Source of the DNA: Bispira polyomma
Taxonomy: Eukaryota
Direction of reading: 5' to 3'
NCBI GenBank assembly: GCA_965649765.1
Contig: OZ287752.1
Location: forward strand, 19,964,001-20,028,000
DNA length: 64,000 bases
The translations under genes were made by a program, and so were the position numbers. This document shows positions 27,266 through 39,119 of this stretch, one piece after another (the first letter of the stretch is position 1; each line of letters begins with the position of its first letter). The notes under the pieces were generated by a model. It saw only the letters and a list, made by a program, of their open reading frames with translations, did not search any database and was not told the origin of the DNA.

Positions 27266-28353
27266 GTTTATCAACCTATTCATATTTTATCTTCAACACT
27301 TGCTAACAATAATATTACAACAATAACACACAAAACATCCTTATTGCAGTCTTTCTCATTTAGTGTTTTAGCTTTGATCTATTATTTCAGAACCATCATT
27401 CATTTGAAACTCATTGATTTATTTTTCAGTTAAATTTATTTATATCTACAAAAGATAAGCTAGTTTGTCTGCCCTGATTTGTTCAGTTTTCTTGAACTAG
27501 ATATATAACCTTTGACTTTTTCCACTTGCATATTCTCAGGTTATTTTTTAATTGAGAAAAAAATCATATTTATTTTAATGGTTTGCATATAGATATATAT
27601 TTAATCAAAGATATTGTTAATCAATTTTATTTCTTGGAAAAGAAATTTTATGATTTCAGTAGCTTTTCTAAGAATAAATTCATAGTACCCAGGTAACTGT
27701 ATGAACTCATTGTTTCATTGTTAGTTTCAGTCTAGCATAAGCTATAATTAACTCAATACATTCAACCACCAAAAACCCTTACCACATTTAAATTTACAAT
27801 TTTTTTGACATATTAATAAAATAATGGTCTGCTCTATGATGAAATCCTATGATAAAATTAAAACAAAAATAATCAAGCCTGATCAGGCGATTTAATTTTT
27901 TTCCATGCGTAACACCACACATTCGGATTAAAAGACCTGTATATGCCAACTGAGTCATTGGCTTAGGTTAACTAACATTATAGTAACATAATATTAACAA
28001 TCTCAATAATGATCTAAAAGAAATTTAAAGACGCCACAGAGTATTAAATAATCTTCAGTGTCATTTATAGTCAATTTCTCTATTTTTTCCACAAAAAAAA
28101 TGGGTAAGCAGAAGTTATAGACTTGAATGTCTTGTTAAACATGGTTGCGCAAATCTGGGAAAATATGTGTTAAGCCGAGTACTAATCTGTTAATTCATAC
28201 AAGACAAAGAATCGGTTATTTTCAGTATCGTAGCACCCTACGATACACTTATCAGATATATATACATGTACATAATAGTTGTACTAGTAAATTTGCGAGT
28301 GGATATTATTACATCCAAATTCTAATAGAAGATTAAATTTAATTTTTCCCAAG

Positions 28354-28380
28354 CATCAATGGCGACTACAGAAGCTCCAG
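28354..28380 (+). CDS. Microexon 3, 27 nt, phase 1-1: (A)SMATTEAP
   Basis: aatttttcccaag|CATCAATGGCGACTACAGAAGCTCCAG|gtaaat. Confidence 0.75.
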
Positions 28381-28527
28381 GTAAATATTGTGTACTTTTT
28401 GTCACAGTTTTATCTGGATTCACACATTAACAATAACACTTATACCACATGATAGATAATGTAAATGTTATGAGGTATGATATGTGGTGATCACATCTCT
28501 GATATAAGTTTAAATGTATAATAAATA

Positions 28528-28690
28528 CAGTTTAACCCCTGCAGGTCAAGGTTCCAGGAGAAATACCTCTACTTGAGTAGGATTTTAACGTAACAAGATA
28601 CACTGTAAAAGAAAGGTCTTTGTGGGACTACATTTTTTCTCCACATAAAAGAGAAGTTGACTTAAGATAGTTCTAATTCAAGGAGTTTAA
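28528..28690. mobile_element. Small TA-flanked (Tc1/mariner/pogo-type) MITE whose right TIR seeds the adjacent minisatellite
   Basis: Left end ta-cagtttaacccctg. Internal cctctacttgagtagga..tttgtgggact..ttctccaca is shared with copies ending agggtttgactg-ta (~21660-21804). Other relatives start ta-cagtcaaacccct (24246) and lie at ~24600-24695. Confidence 0.6.
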
Positions 28691-29575
28691 CTCTAATTCA
28701 AGGAGTTTAACTCTAATTCAAGGAGTTTAACTTTAATTCAAGGAGTTTAACTCTAATTCAAGGAGTTTAACTTTAATTCAAGGAGTTTAACTCTAATTCA
28801 AGGAGTTTAACTCTAATTCAAGGAGTTTAACTTTAATTCAAGGAGTTTAACTCTAATTCAAGGAGTTTAACTTTAATTCAAGGAGTTTAACTCTAATTCA
28901 AGGAGTTTAACTCTAATTCAAGGAGTTTAACTCTAATTCAAGGAGTTTAACTTTAATTCAAGGAGTTTAACTCTAATTCAAGGAGTTTAACTTTAATTCA
29001 AGGAGTTTAACTCTAATTCAAGGAGTTTAACTCTAATTCAAGGAGTTTAACTTTAATTCAAGGAGTTTAACTCTAATTCAAGGAGTTTAACTCTAATTCA
29101 AGGAGTTTAACTTTAATTCAAGGAGTTTAACTCTAATTCAAGGAGTTTAACTGTAATTCAAGGAGTTTAACTCTAATTCAAGGAGTTTAACTTTAATTCA
29201 AGGAGTTTAACTCTAATTCAAGGAGTTTAACTTTAATTCAAGGAGTTTAACTCTAATTCAAGGAGTTTAACTTTAATTCAAGGAGTTTAACTCTAATTCA
29301 AGGAGTTTAACTGTAATTCAAGGAGTTTAACTCTAATTCAAGGAGTTTAACTTTAATTCAAGGAGTTTAACTCTAATTCAAGGAGTTTAACTTTAATTCA
29401 AGGAGTTTAACTCTAATTCAAGGAGTTTAACTCTAATTCAAGGAGTTTAACTCTAATTCAAGGAGTTTAACTTTAATTCAAGGAGTTTAACTTTAATTCA
29501 AGGAGTTTAACTTTAATTCAAGGAGTTTAACTCTAATTCAAGGAGTTTAACTCTAATTCAAGGAGTTTAACTTTA
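28671..29575. repeat. 20-bp minisatellite, about 45 head-to-tail units (ctBtaattcaaggagtttaa)
   Basis: Units are identical apart from one C/T/G position. No spacers. Confidence 0.98.
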
Positions 29576-29633
29576 CATGAATTCTGTAATGAGTGCTTCT
29601 CAGTTGTTAACCAAACATATTATTTCATTACAG

Positions 29634-29669
29634 CCTACACATCAACTATTGCTGGTATTGCTGATACAG
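29634..29669 (+). CDS. Microexon 4, 36 nt, phase 1-1: (A)YTSTIAGIADT
   Basis: tatttcattacag|CCTACACATCAACTATTGCTGGTATTGCTGATACAG|gtaacg. Confidence 0.78.
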
Positions 29670-31210
29670 GTAACGTCATTCTATGTTTAATGTCACTTTT
29701 GTTTCTTACAGGTATTCACTCTTCACTGTGTATCTTAAATACTGAAATTGCATGCTCAGTATATCACTCAGAGTGTGAGAAAATCTTGTACATTTTCAGT
29801 TTAGAAGCTAAATGTTCAAAAGTATCGCCCATATGTCCCTACATAATGCTATAACATATTCAGAAATTAAAAAAAAATTGTCATGACAAATTGTTTTTAG
29901 AGACTCACAAGTGAGCTTTTATCAGAATCAGATTTTGTGAAGAGTGTGGTTATATAAAGAAAAGACCCCCCAAAAAGAAGAAAATAAGACAGATACCTGT
30001 GCGAGCTGACTTTATAAATAATGACTTCTATAAAAAGCATGTGTTAAGAATACTCTGTGTAATATCTGAACACCTTGCGAAAGCTGAAGTTTAATAGAAG
30101 GTTCATAAAATCGAAGAGACAATTTATATCAAACAACAGGAAAATATAAATCTTTCAAAGTAGTTATGAGTTCATAAAATTGAATATTTGAATAGTAGAA
30201 GTTCAGCTATTAGAAGTTATACTAGTATTTCAAGCATACCTTACAGTATATCAGAATGAACAAACTGATTTAGTCAAATGTTTAGCCCCTGCTGTTAATC
30301 AGGCCTCTTCTGTTCATTATCATCTAGTCTTTAAATACATGTACCGATGGTAGGACTGCTATATAGGTGTTAATTAAAACTGGGTTGGCCTGAGTAAGCA
30401 GGTGACTATAACTAGTTTTAGTATAGCATAAGTTATAATTATTGTAAGATAGTCAACCTAGAATGGTCCTTACCACATTTAAATTTGCTTGTTTTGGCAT
30501 TTCAATAATATAGTGCTCTGATCTAGTATGGCTTAGGGTCATATAGAAAAGCTGTCTAGCATTGATAAGTCTTTTGAGCTTTTCTCTTTGTCACATAAAA
30601 ACTGGGGGCAATTATGTAATTCTGTACCATCTTATCAAAAACATCCTACAATAAACATATGTATGTAAACCTCTTAACATCATAATTAACACACGGTGGG
30701 ACTAGTTCTTAACTTGCTTGCCTAATACACTGCAGTTGGAATTATAGTAGACGGCATTCGCACAAATATTAAGCAAGTTATCAAATACTAAATGACTTAA
30801 TAATAAGAGTAGAGTAATAAATAATATTAAAGTAGGATTGAATATTTGGATATTAGAAGTTTAGATAGTAGAGGTTCTACTGAGAGTAATAAATGAGTTG
30901 TAATAACTTATATAAATGAAAGTGTGATGATGTCAAGCAATTATAGAAACTAAGGAAGAAATTTATCTATTAAAGAAGTGCATGTCACTATAATAATTAA
31001 TATATAAAATATTTTATAGAGATAACTAAAAAAGCTTAAATAGTCCACGTAGGATTTTTTTTTTAAATACTCAATCTTTATGTGTATATTTGCTCCATTC
31101 TTAAACACTCTTTCTAATATCTTTAAATATTCACAACTGTTCAACATGTATAACATATTTTATGTAAAAGAGAAAATTATTTTTATCTGGTTTTTTAATC
31201 TATTTAGTAG

Positions 31211-31237
31211 ATTCCATGACAACTGATAGTGTGTCAG
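31211..31237 (+). CDS. Microexon 5, 27 nt (30 with the NAGNAG acceptor), phase 1-1: (D)SMTTDSVS
   Basis: tatttagtag|ATTCCATGACAACTGATAGTGTGTCAG|gtaaat. Confidence 0.75.
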
Positions 31238-31539
31238 GTAAATAAAAACCCTTCATACAATGCACAGCTTTCTGCCAGAACACTAAATACTATTAATCAA
31301 TGTACTTCAATAATAAATGTGTCCCTTCCAGTTGTCTGCGTCAAGAGCAGTGCATTTGAACACTGACTTGATTAAACCTGTGTTTTTTTGCTCAGTGTTA
31401 AATGTCCTGATCTTCATGCCATATATAATTGCTATTTATTCATTTCTAGCTTTTAATGTTAACTATTTGGGCATCATTATGTTAAATCCTGGGTGCATCA
31501 GCCTATGGCACTTTCAATATAATAACACAATGGTCAAAG

Positions 31540-31648
31540 AAATCACCCCTATTCTAACTACCTCACAAACTTTCCCATATGAGAATGGGATTTGAACCCA
31601 CATTGGTGAGAAGCCAGTAATTATAGAGCCACTAGGCCACCGCAGGCG
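31540..31648 (-). mobile_element. SINE head fragment
   Basis: gggatttgaaccca...ccactaggccacc is the reverse complement of a tRNA-like A/B-box head. Confidence 0.45.
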
Positions 31649-31979
31649 CTCCTAATCACCAGTCACGAATCAGGCAGTTTTTGAATCATTATTTTACACA
31701 CAAATAAAGTGGTTAACAATTAGTTCTATGCTGTCTTCATCTCTTCTCATATTTTACTCAATCACTTAAATATGCCTGCCAAGTTTAAAGAATTAAAGAC
31801 AAAAACTGTTAATGGGTACATTTACATGTACTTGTAGAAATCTTATAGTGACGTAACAAAATGCTACTTGGTATAAACTGCGGTATGCGTTGCAATTATT
31901 GTTTTGAACGATAAAAGTTCTTGTGATTTGCAAACTTAAGATGATAATCCCATTTGTTTAAACTACATGTTTTTTACAG

Positions 31980-32012
31980 ACTTTACATCCACCACTAGTT
32001 TAACGGTTACAG
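31980..32012 (+). CDS. Microexon 6, 33 nt, phase 1-1: (D)FTSTTSLTVT
   Basis: gttttttacag|ACTTTACATCCACCACTAGTTTAACGGTTACAG|gtaaat. Confidence 0.8.
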
Positions 32013-32493
32013 GTAAATAAATACATATGTTTCAACACCTATCTCATGATTTTCAGTGCATGGTTCTGGTGTATAAGTTACACACAACAAATAATATTAT
32101 TTTTTAAAATCACATTTTTACTACCTCTTTTTTTGTAAAAGAAAAAGTAAAAATAAGTGTATAGAGTTAAAGTAAATACTACATGCAGGCTAATTTGTTA
32201 CTCCCAACAATTGCTAATGCAATCGAATGTGTTTGATTTTGTGCTTAAGCATTTTAAAAACTGGTAGTTCCATAGAAGAAGCATAGTATATGATCTAGTA
32301 GTTGCACAGTATATGTTCATGATCGCTAAAATGCATAGTTTGAACTATGAATTTAACTGAAGTCTATATATTTTATATGCAAGTTGTTTTAATTTTTTTT
32401 AGAATATCAAATATCAAGTGGACTTATTAAAGAAATTGCATGTAATATTTTTATCTTTGACAGAAGTTCTTTGTTTAAACCTGTGTTTTTCAG

Positions 32494-32526
32494 ACTCTGA
32501 TACTATGAGTCAAACTCTATCAACAG
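32494..32526 (+). CDS. Microexon 7, 33 nt, phase 1-1: (D)SDTMSQTLST
   Basis: cctgtgtttttcag|ACTCTGATACTATGAGTCAAACTCTATCAACAG|gtcact (weak donor). Confidence 0.72.
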
Positions 32527-32876
32527 GTCACTCAGAGAATGTCTACATATCAATTGGTATTTACATGTATAATCAAACCTTAATGAGAGACTATCTGTAT
32601 TAATTGAACAACCACCTGACCTTAAAATCATTTGAAAATATTCTCAGGCCTTTACTAATTGGACAGGTGAATCATTCATATAAACGTCACCACAAATGAG
32701 GCCTAAATATTAATAATCACAACATTTTAATGAAAAATTATTTAGATGTATTAAACGCCTCTTCAACTGATATTGTATAAAGCAATGTTTTGTTCTAAAA
32801 TAAGAAAGTACAGAAAATGCTAAACCTTATATATTATAATCTCTGTTAGAATACTGAACACAAAATGTTGTTTCAG

Positions 32877-32909
32877 AAGCCAACACTGCAGTAGAAACCT
32901 TGTCTACAG
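32877..32909 (+). CDS. Microexon 8, 33 nt, phase 1-1: (E)ANTAVETLST
   Basis: tgttgtttcag|AAGCCAACACTGCAGTAGAAACCTTGTCTACAG|gtaaac. Confidence 0.8.
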
Positions 32910-33039
32910 GTAAACTTTACCTACATTCATCAGCAGGGGAAACAGAATTTCAGTCTCTGATACCAAAACCAATAAACGTATTGGATCTGGTGCAACACCT
33001 ACCCTATTGAAAGATTTACCAACCAATATAAGATACTAG

Positions 33040-33241
33040 GAGATCCTCTTTAGATTTAGAAGTGACCTTAAAACCCACCTTTTCACCCTCACTTTCAAGT
33101 ACCCTCCATTAAGTCATCTTTCTCCTCCATGTTACCCACTGATCATCAATTTGCATTGGAAACAGACCACGATTTTAACAACTTTGTCAATGAAGTTGCC
33201 TAGCATCAATTAAGCGTGTTAAAAATCTATCATATCATATC
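33040..33241 (+). mobile_element. 3' tail relic of an L2/CR1-group LINE
   Basis: tttagaagtgaccttaaaacccaccttttc encodes FRSDLKTHLF. Ends aagcgtgttaaaaatc followed by (tatca)n. Confidence 0.5.
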
Positions 33242-33519
33242 AGGTGTGGTTTAAATCTTTGATAAGACTTATTTTTTGTTATTTATTGAACTGGTTGAGT
33301 TTGACTTTAAGTTATAAAAATACTATTATACCTAGTTTCAACATAAAAGATAAACCTAAAATTTCAGATATTTGACAACAGATGATATTTTTATATATTT
33401 TATACAACACAGATAATATGGACTTATAGTATGTGAGTTATAAAATGACTTAAATATTGGTAGCTTTTAATAGTCATGTAATATCATGAAATCCTTGATT
33501 GTTGAAACTTTTCTTTTAG

Positions 33520-33552
33520 AATCTGAAATAACAACTACCACTCAATCAACAG
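33520..33552 (+). CDS. Microexon 9, 33 nt, phase 1-1: (E)SEITTTTQST
   Basis: cttttcttttag|AATCTGAAATAACAACTACCACTCAATCAACAG|gtaact. Confidence 0.8.
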
Positions 33553-35552
33553 GTAACTTAGGTGTTATTTCCTTTTCAAATATGCACCTTCTATAGTATC
33601 ACATATTCTTCAAGCTTAACACATGTAACAACCTGACAGTGTGTGGTACCTGGGTAGGGTTATGGACCTTTTTTATTTTTAATATTTTTAGTGGATCACA
33701 TGGTTACAATACAAAACAAAAAGACAAGGACAATAATGAAAACAATAATGACAAGTTTTACTGAAATCTACAAACAAAATCACTGATAACAAAGATTAAT
33801 AGTAGGTTATCTCTATGCTATGTTTTATACCTTAATATATTTGACCTATATTATGATAGGTATAGATTGTCGTTCACTGTTAATATTGTACTTATTATTT
33901 TTACTTGTTAGATACGTATTTTACATTGAAAATAAAATTTTACATTAACAAGAACCTTTAGCAATATAATATTTTACCACAATTAACTGTTACACTAACT
34001 GACATTACCCTTCTTATTGTCCTCAGTTATTCTACCAACTTCTAGTTCCATAAACGTTATGACACAAGATATACATTTTAGTTTGTCATATATATTTCAC
34101 ACATAAGTAGTATACACATTTGAGTTTTATCCTAATGTTATATAATATGGCCTTCACTATCAATTTGTTACAACTCAACTATCTATCTAATGTTAAAATT
34201 TCTACCAAACACCTCATATAATAAAGCATGTAATCTTGGAACTGTATATTTATTTCAATCATATTAAGGAATTCCACTTTACAGAGTTCCAATTGATTCG
34301 GTTCGTATATCTATATATATAAAATATATATCAAATAAAAGTATGTAATGGATAAATACATTGGATAGGTCTACTTGTACTCAATATAGCTTTTCACTTA
34401 CTGGGGTTCCACTTATACATGACTGTCTGTATATTTCCATAATTAGAGGGTATATAACTACATAAATGTTATTTTATATTGGTATTTGTAATAGTAACTA
34501 TCACATTTATATATTTTTTTTAAAATATTCATAAATTATGTATAAAGATATGAGTTATATTATTTATATATATTCATATGTTTATCAGTTATAATGCTCT
34601 AAGAGTAGACCTTTAATTAAATATAACTAACCAATGCTTAATCATTTGATTAACAACGACACAGAGGAATAAACTATAGAAATGTCATGACTTCTTATAT
34701 CAAGACTCCTCAATACTAAAAAAGTTACTTATCTCTGTTTAAGTTCCTTTAAGTGTCTAATTGTTTTAATGCTTCAGTGTGACTCCCAGTGAGGTAAGGA
34801 TTTAACCCAACACATTTTCTCCCATCCATTTGCTTATGGACCTTCATTATTTCAGTAGGTACTAGATTTATTTTTACTGAGGTCAGACAGAGATAGCTGA
34901 GCAGAGATTTTTTCTGACAGTTTTTACCATTATTAAAAGATTGAGATTATGATGTCTTTTTTCACTTTTTTTCAGGTTTGGCAAAAAAGATATCATGATA
35001 GCATAGATCTTCAGTTGTGTTGAAATCATAGTATCTGCTATTATTTCTAAAATAATGTTTTATTGTTTTACATTTGATAAAATCAGTATGAATTGGCTGT
35101 TCATTCTTATTTTTTCGATGAATGACTGGCTTAGTAAGATGTGTAACTGCTATTCAGTGCCAGAAAACCATTGGAAAGGTCAATGTTTTGGCAGTAGTCG
35201 AGAGGTGGCTACGGCCATAGATATATATGCCAAGTATGTATTGTTATTGTTTCCCATGGCCAAAGGTAATACCTAGAGAGGGTTACCAGTCTCCTTGCAG
35301 TACAAAAAAGAGCATTCATGTTGCAAGTGACACTTGACTGGTTTTGTACAACAAGTTCCAATCAATAGAGTGACATTTTTAGGGAGAATCCTCCGTCAAT
35401 GAGATGTATCTAGATATTGCAAGAACATGAGTGCGATCTTACAGCACAATGATTTTTAGAAGATAATATTGCAGATTTTCTTCTTGTGACTAAGTTAATG
35501 TACTTGCTAAGTGGCTGGTTTATATATTTGGATCTCCTGAATGACATTTCAG

Positions 35553-35603
35553 ATGATGGCAATTCTAACGATGGTCAAGATGGTAATATGAATAATGATA
35601 ATG
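35553..35603 (+). CDS. Exon 10, 51 nt, phase 1-1: (D)DGNSNDGQDGNMNNDN
   Basis: acatttcag|ATGATGGC...GATAATG|gtgagt. Canonical donor and length a multiple of 3. Confidence 0.78.
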
Positions 35604-36713
35604 GTGAGTTATGAGCTCACAGTATGTCTCTCTCTATATATATATATCTACAGCAAAAGCTCATATATAGTGAACACCCATAGGACACAGTTGAAATTTG
35701 CACGATAAAATTGTGTTTATTATTCAGAGGTACTGTACAATCCTGTACTGGTTGCAAAATGGGACCGGGGAAATGTGTTCATTCTGGAGAGGTGTTTAAT
35801 TACTATTCTGTCATGTTCACTAACAAAGCTTTTACTGTATTGTGAGAGTTTACATTGACATACATAAAATCCTAACAATTCTTAAAGTTGTGTATAATGT
35901 CTGAAACAATAGGAGTTGTATCAATGAAAGATCTAAAACAACAGTCTTTATTTACCCCTTTCGACCCAGACATTATATCTGCCAGCCAAATCAGTTGACA
36001 CCCTCAAAATATTATGTTATTTTCCTTCAGTTCCTCGCAATAGTAAATTGTTGGTGTAGCAGACTTACCCCTGTAAACAATTCTACATTACCCCTGTAAA
36101 CAATTCTACATAAGGCCGTTATTAAATGCTGGAAGTAGCCTGTGGTGTGTGTTTCAGTAACTCCAGTTATGTCCAACCTATTACTAAATATTTCCTTCAG
36201 TTCCCCGCAATAGGTTTCTCTTGGGGTCAAAAGGGTTAGACGTCACTTTAAGGCAAATGATCTTTCATCACTACAACCTCTAGACCAGTAATCTGAACTA
36301 TATTCAAGCTCAAGTCAGGGCATAGGTGGATCCAGGATTTTGGGGAGGGAAAGGGGGGGGGGGGCCCTTTCCCAGAATGTATTGTGAACATAAATATTAT
36401 ATTTTGGTTGGTGGATATATGTTGCCACATAAAAAATTGGTGAGGGAGACACTCCCACTCCACCCTAGACTGAGTTATCTGTTAATCTATCACTTAACAT
36501 CCATGCTTTACTGATGTGCTAATGGCTGCACATCAATAAAAACTCGGTCGATTCGACGACAGATAACTCTGTCTAACCCCACCCACTGCTGGATCAGCCT
36601 ATGGAGTGGAGCGGTTTTTTAAAGTGAACCAGACACTTCTAATATTATTGTTATACTACCATGACACTGACTTGGGCATGAACCATGTGAAAATGTGGGC
36701 AAAATATAAACAG

Positions 36714-38056
36714 TGGCAACTCATTGAGAAGGGCGTGGCTAAACAGCTAAATGGATTCATCTCCCAAGAAGGTATCGCAAATGTTAACCAATCTGCATAC
36801 CGGAGCTCTCACTCCACAGAGACTGCTCTACTCAAGATTCAAAATGACATAGCTACATCAGTGGACTCGGGAAAGGCATTGGCCCTTACATTACTCAACC
36901 TCTCTGAAGCTTTTGAGAACCATCGATCACTCTATTTTATATGACTGTTTATCGGACTGGTTTGGAATTGATGTGACTGTATTATAGTGGATCAAATCCT
37001 ACCTCCTAGACCGTAAACAAAAAATCAAAATTGGTAGCAGTTTTTCTAGGGTCTTCTGCTCCCCTTAGGTGTTCCCCAAGGTTCTGTCTTGGGTCCTCTG
37101 TTTTCACCCTGTACACTAACCCCCTCAGTCAAGTCAGTTCAAAGTTTAATGTTACCCATCACCTGTATGCTGATGACACACAAATACACTTAGCACTGGA
37201 CTCCAGGAACTTTGACTCAAGTATTGCCGAGCTCACTGACTGTTTAAAATCAGTCCAGGAGTTGTGCAAAATTAAAACTCAACCCAGATAAAACAGAGTT
37301 CATTATTATAGGTAACAAACCCACCACAGAGTCACTTACACCAAAATTTCCTATTTCATTCTCTAAAACAATATCACTCCGTAAGAGGAGGTAAAAAACC
37401 TGGGTGTCATCTTTGACTCAGACAACTCCTTTAATAACCATATTGCCAAGGTTTGCCATGCCTGTTACTATCATCTACGTAACCTGCGACGGATTCGTAG
37501 ATTTCTTAGCGCTGATACTGCAGTTCTGGTGGCAAATGCTATGGTCAGTGGCCGTTTGGACTACTGCAACTCTTTTCTATATGAGGTCGGTAAGGCCAAT
37601 ATTGCCAAACTCCAGAGAGTCCAAAATGCTCTCTCTCGCATTGTTTACAGGTTCGACAGATTCAGCCATGTTTTCAAAGGCTATTAACTATTGCCAACCT
37701 CCCTACCTATCTTCCTTAATCAAGTCCAGCAGCCTCACACGTGGAAATAGACTATCTGTTTCATTTTGCCCTAAACGGAAAATTGGAAGGCGCAGCTTTG
37801 CTGTTGCTGCACTGGCAGAATGGAACAGGTTACCACGAAATGTTAGATCCTAGCTGACACTGTCAGGTTTTCGTAGCCAGCTCAAGACTCACTTGTTCAG
37901 ACTGGCATATCTCCCACCTTAGTTACTTTCCGGTTGGCTCTCACTTGGTGACAACTTTTGCTTGATAAAGAACGATCCCTTTTTGTAATTCAGCGCATTA
38001 GAGGATTTTTATCAATTTTGCACTTTATAAATGCTTCTATTATTGTTATTATTAGT
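36714..38056 (+). mobile_element. 5'-truncated, frameshifted L2/CR1-group LINE (RT relic)
   Basis: NQSAYRSSHSTETALLKIQNDI, LLNLSEAF, ggtgttccccaaggttctgtcttgggtcct (GVPQGSVLGP), HLYADDTQI, RRSFAVAALAEWNRLP, and a (tat)n tail at ~38038-38055. Confidence 0.92.
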
Positions 38057-39119
38057 AAGGATGAGAAAAAGGGCTGTGGAAATTATACAATACATGTAAA
38101 TATAGATTTATATCTTTGTGGATTATGGTACATTTGATTTAATTGCTGCAGTTAAATTGATTATTCTATGGGTGTAAACTAATTTGAAGTTAAAATAATA
38201 CCAATTTAAAAACTGTGGAAGTTAACATCCAAACTTGCTGTTAACATAAAAGCTGTGGAAGTTAACACCCCTCGGCAAACAGAGCTACAACATGGTTTCA
38301 AATCTTGCATCTCAGTTTCACACAGCCTTACTTTTCAAACCATGAATCATTTTAAAACATTTTTGTTGTAGTAAAGGTATTGTATAAGTTCCCCATAACC
38401 TAAAATAACTTTCAGGTGTTCTCATTATTTTATTCTATTTGTATTTGAAAATGACATCTACAAAGAGTCCTATGGATGATTTATAATAATTTTCACAGAG
38501 CTCATTTGGTTTGTGGAAACAATTGACAAATTAACTACTTGAATACACTATAGTCTTGGATGGATCAAATATATATGAACTGAATGTTTATTTTTTGATA
38601 AAATCACTTTACTGAACAACTTATGTTTTCTCTGTTATTTCATTTCTGCAATTCGGTGAGTGGCGTAGAATTCTGTTGTTCACTGGTTTCATCAATGAAA
38701 AGTTTTGGATACTGACTACCATTGAACCTTAGAATTTGATGTAATCCAAATATTTTGAGCGCCGAAAAAATGTTCGATAAAAATCTTAATAATTACTTGG
38801 TGTGATTGTTTGTCACCAGGATAAAGTTATTCACATGAAATATGGTGGGATGTTTTTCTCGTTTTTATAAATGTTCGACTTTATAGAGGTATGCATTCTA
38901 TTGAGTACCCTTCAATTTATGTTTTTTCTTTAATTTTTTGTGCTTATCACTATATTTCGTGTGTTTCCTATGTATTAATGTAGTTTTCTCTTAATTGGTT
39001 ATGCCATAATGCTCTATACTACAGTAGTCCTTTCTTGTGACATTATAATTATGTTTTGTCATTTTCAGACAATATTCCTTCATTATTTTGTACATTTACA
39101 CACGTAGCTGTGTCTCTAA

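Noticed and set aside
26664-27326. Lys/Phe-rich ORFs
   Set aside because: Translations of a T-rich minisatellite.
28671-29575. CRISPR array or telomeric repeat
   Set aside because: Units are contiguous with no unique spacers, there are no cas genes, the context is a eukaryotic intron, and the unit is not a telomere motif.
34778-34793. 16-nt candidate exon (gcttcag|TGTGACTCCCAGTGAG|gtaagg)
   Set aside because: Not a multiple of 3, and it gives an immediate TGA in the array frame. It could be a poison exon but is indistinguishable from chance without reads.
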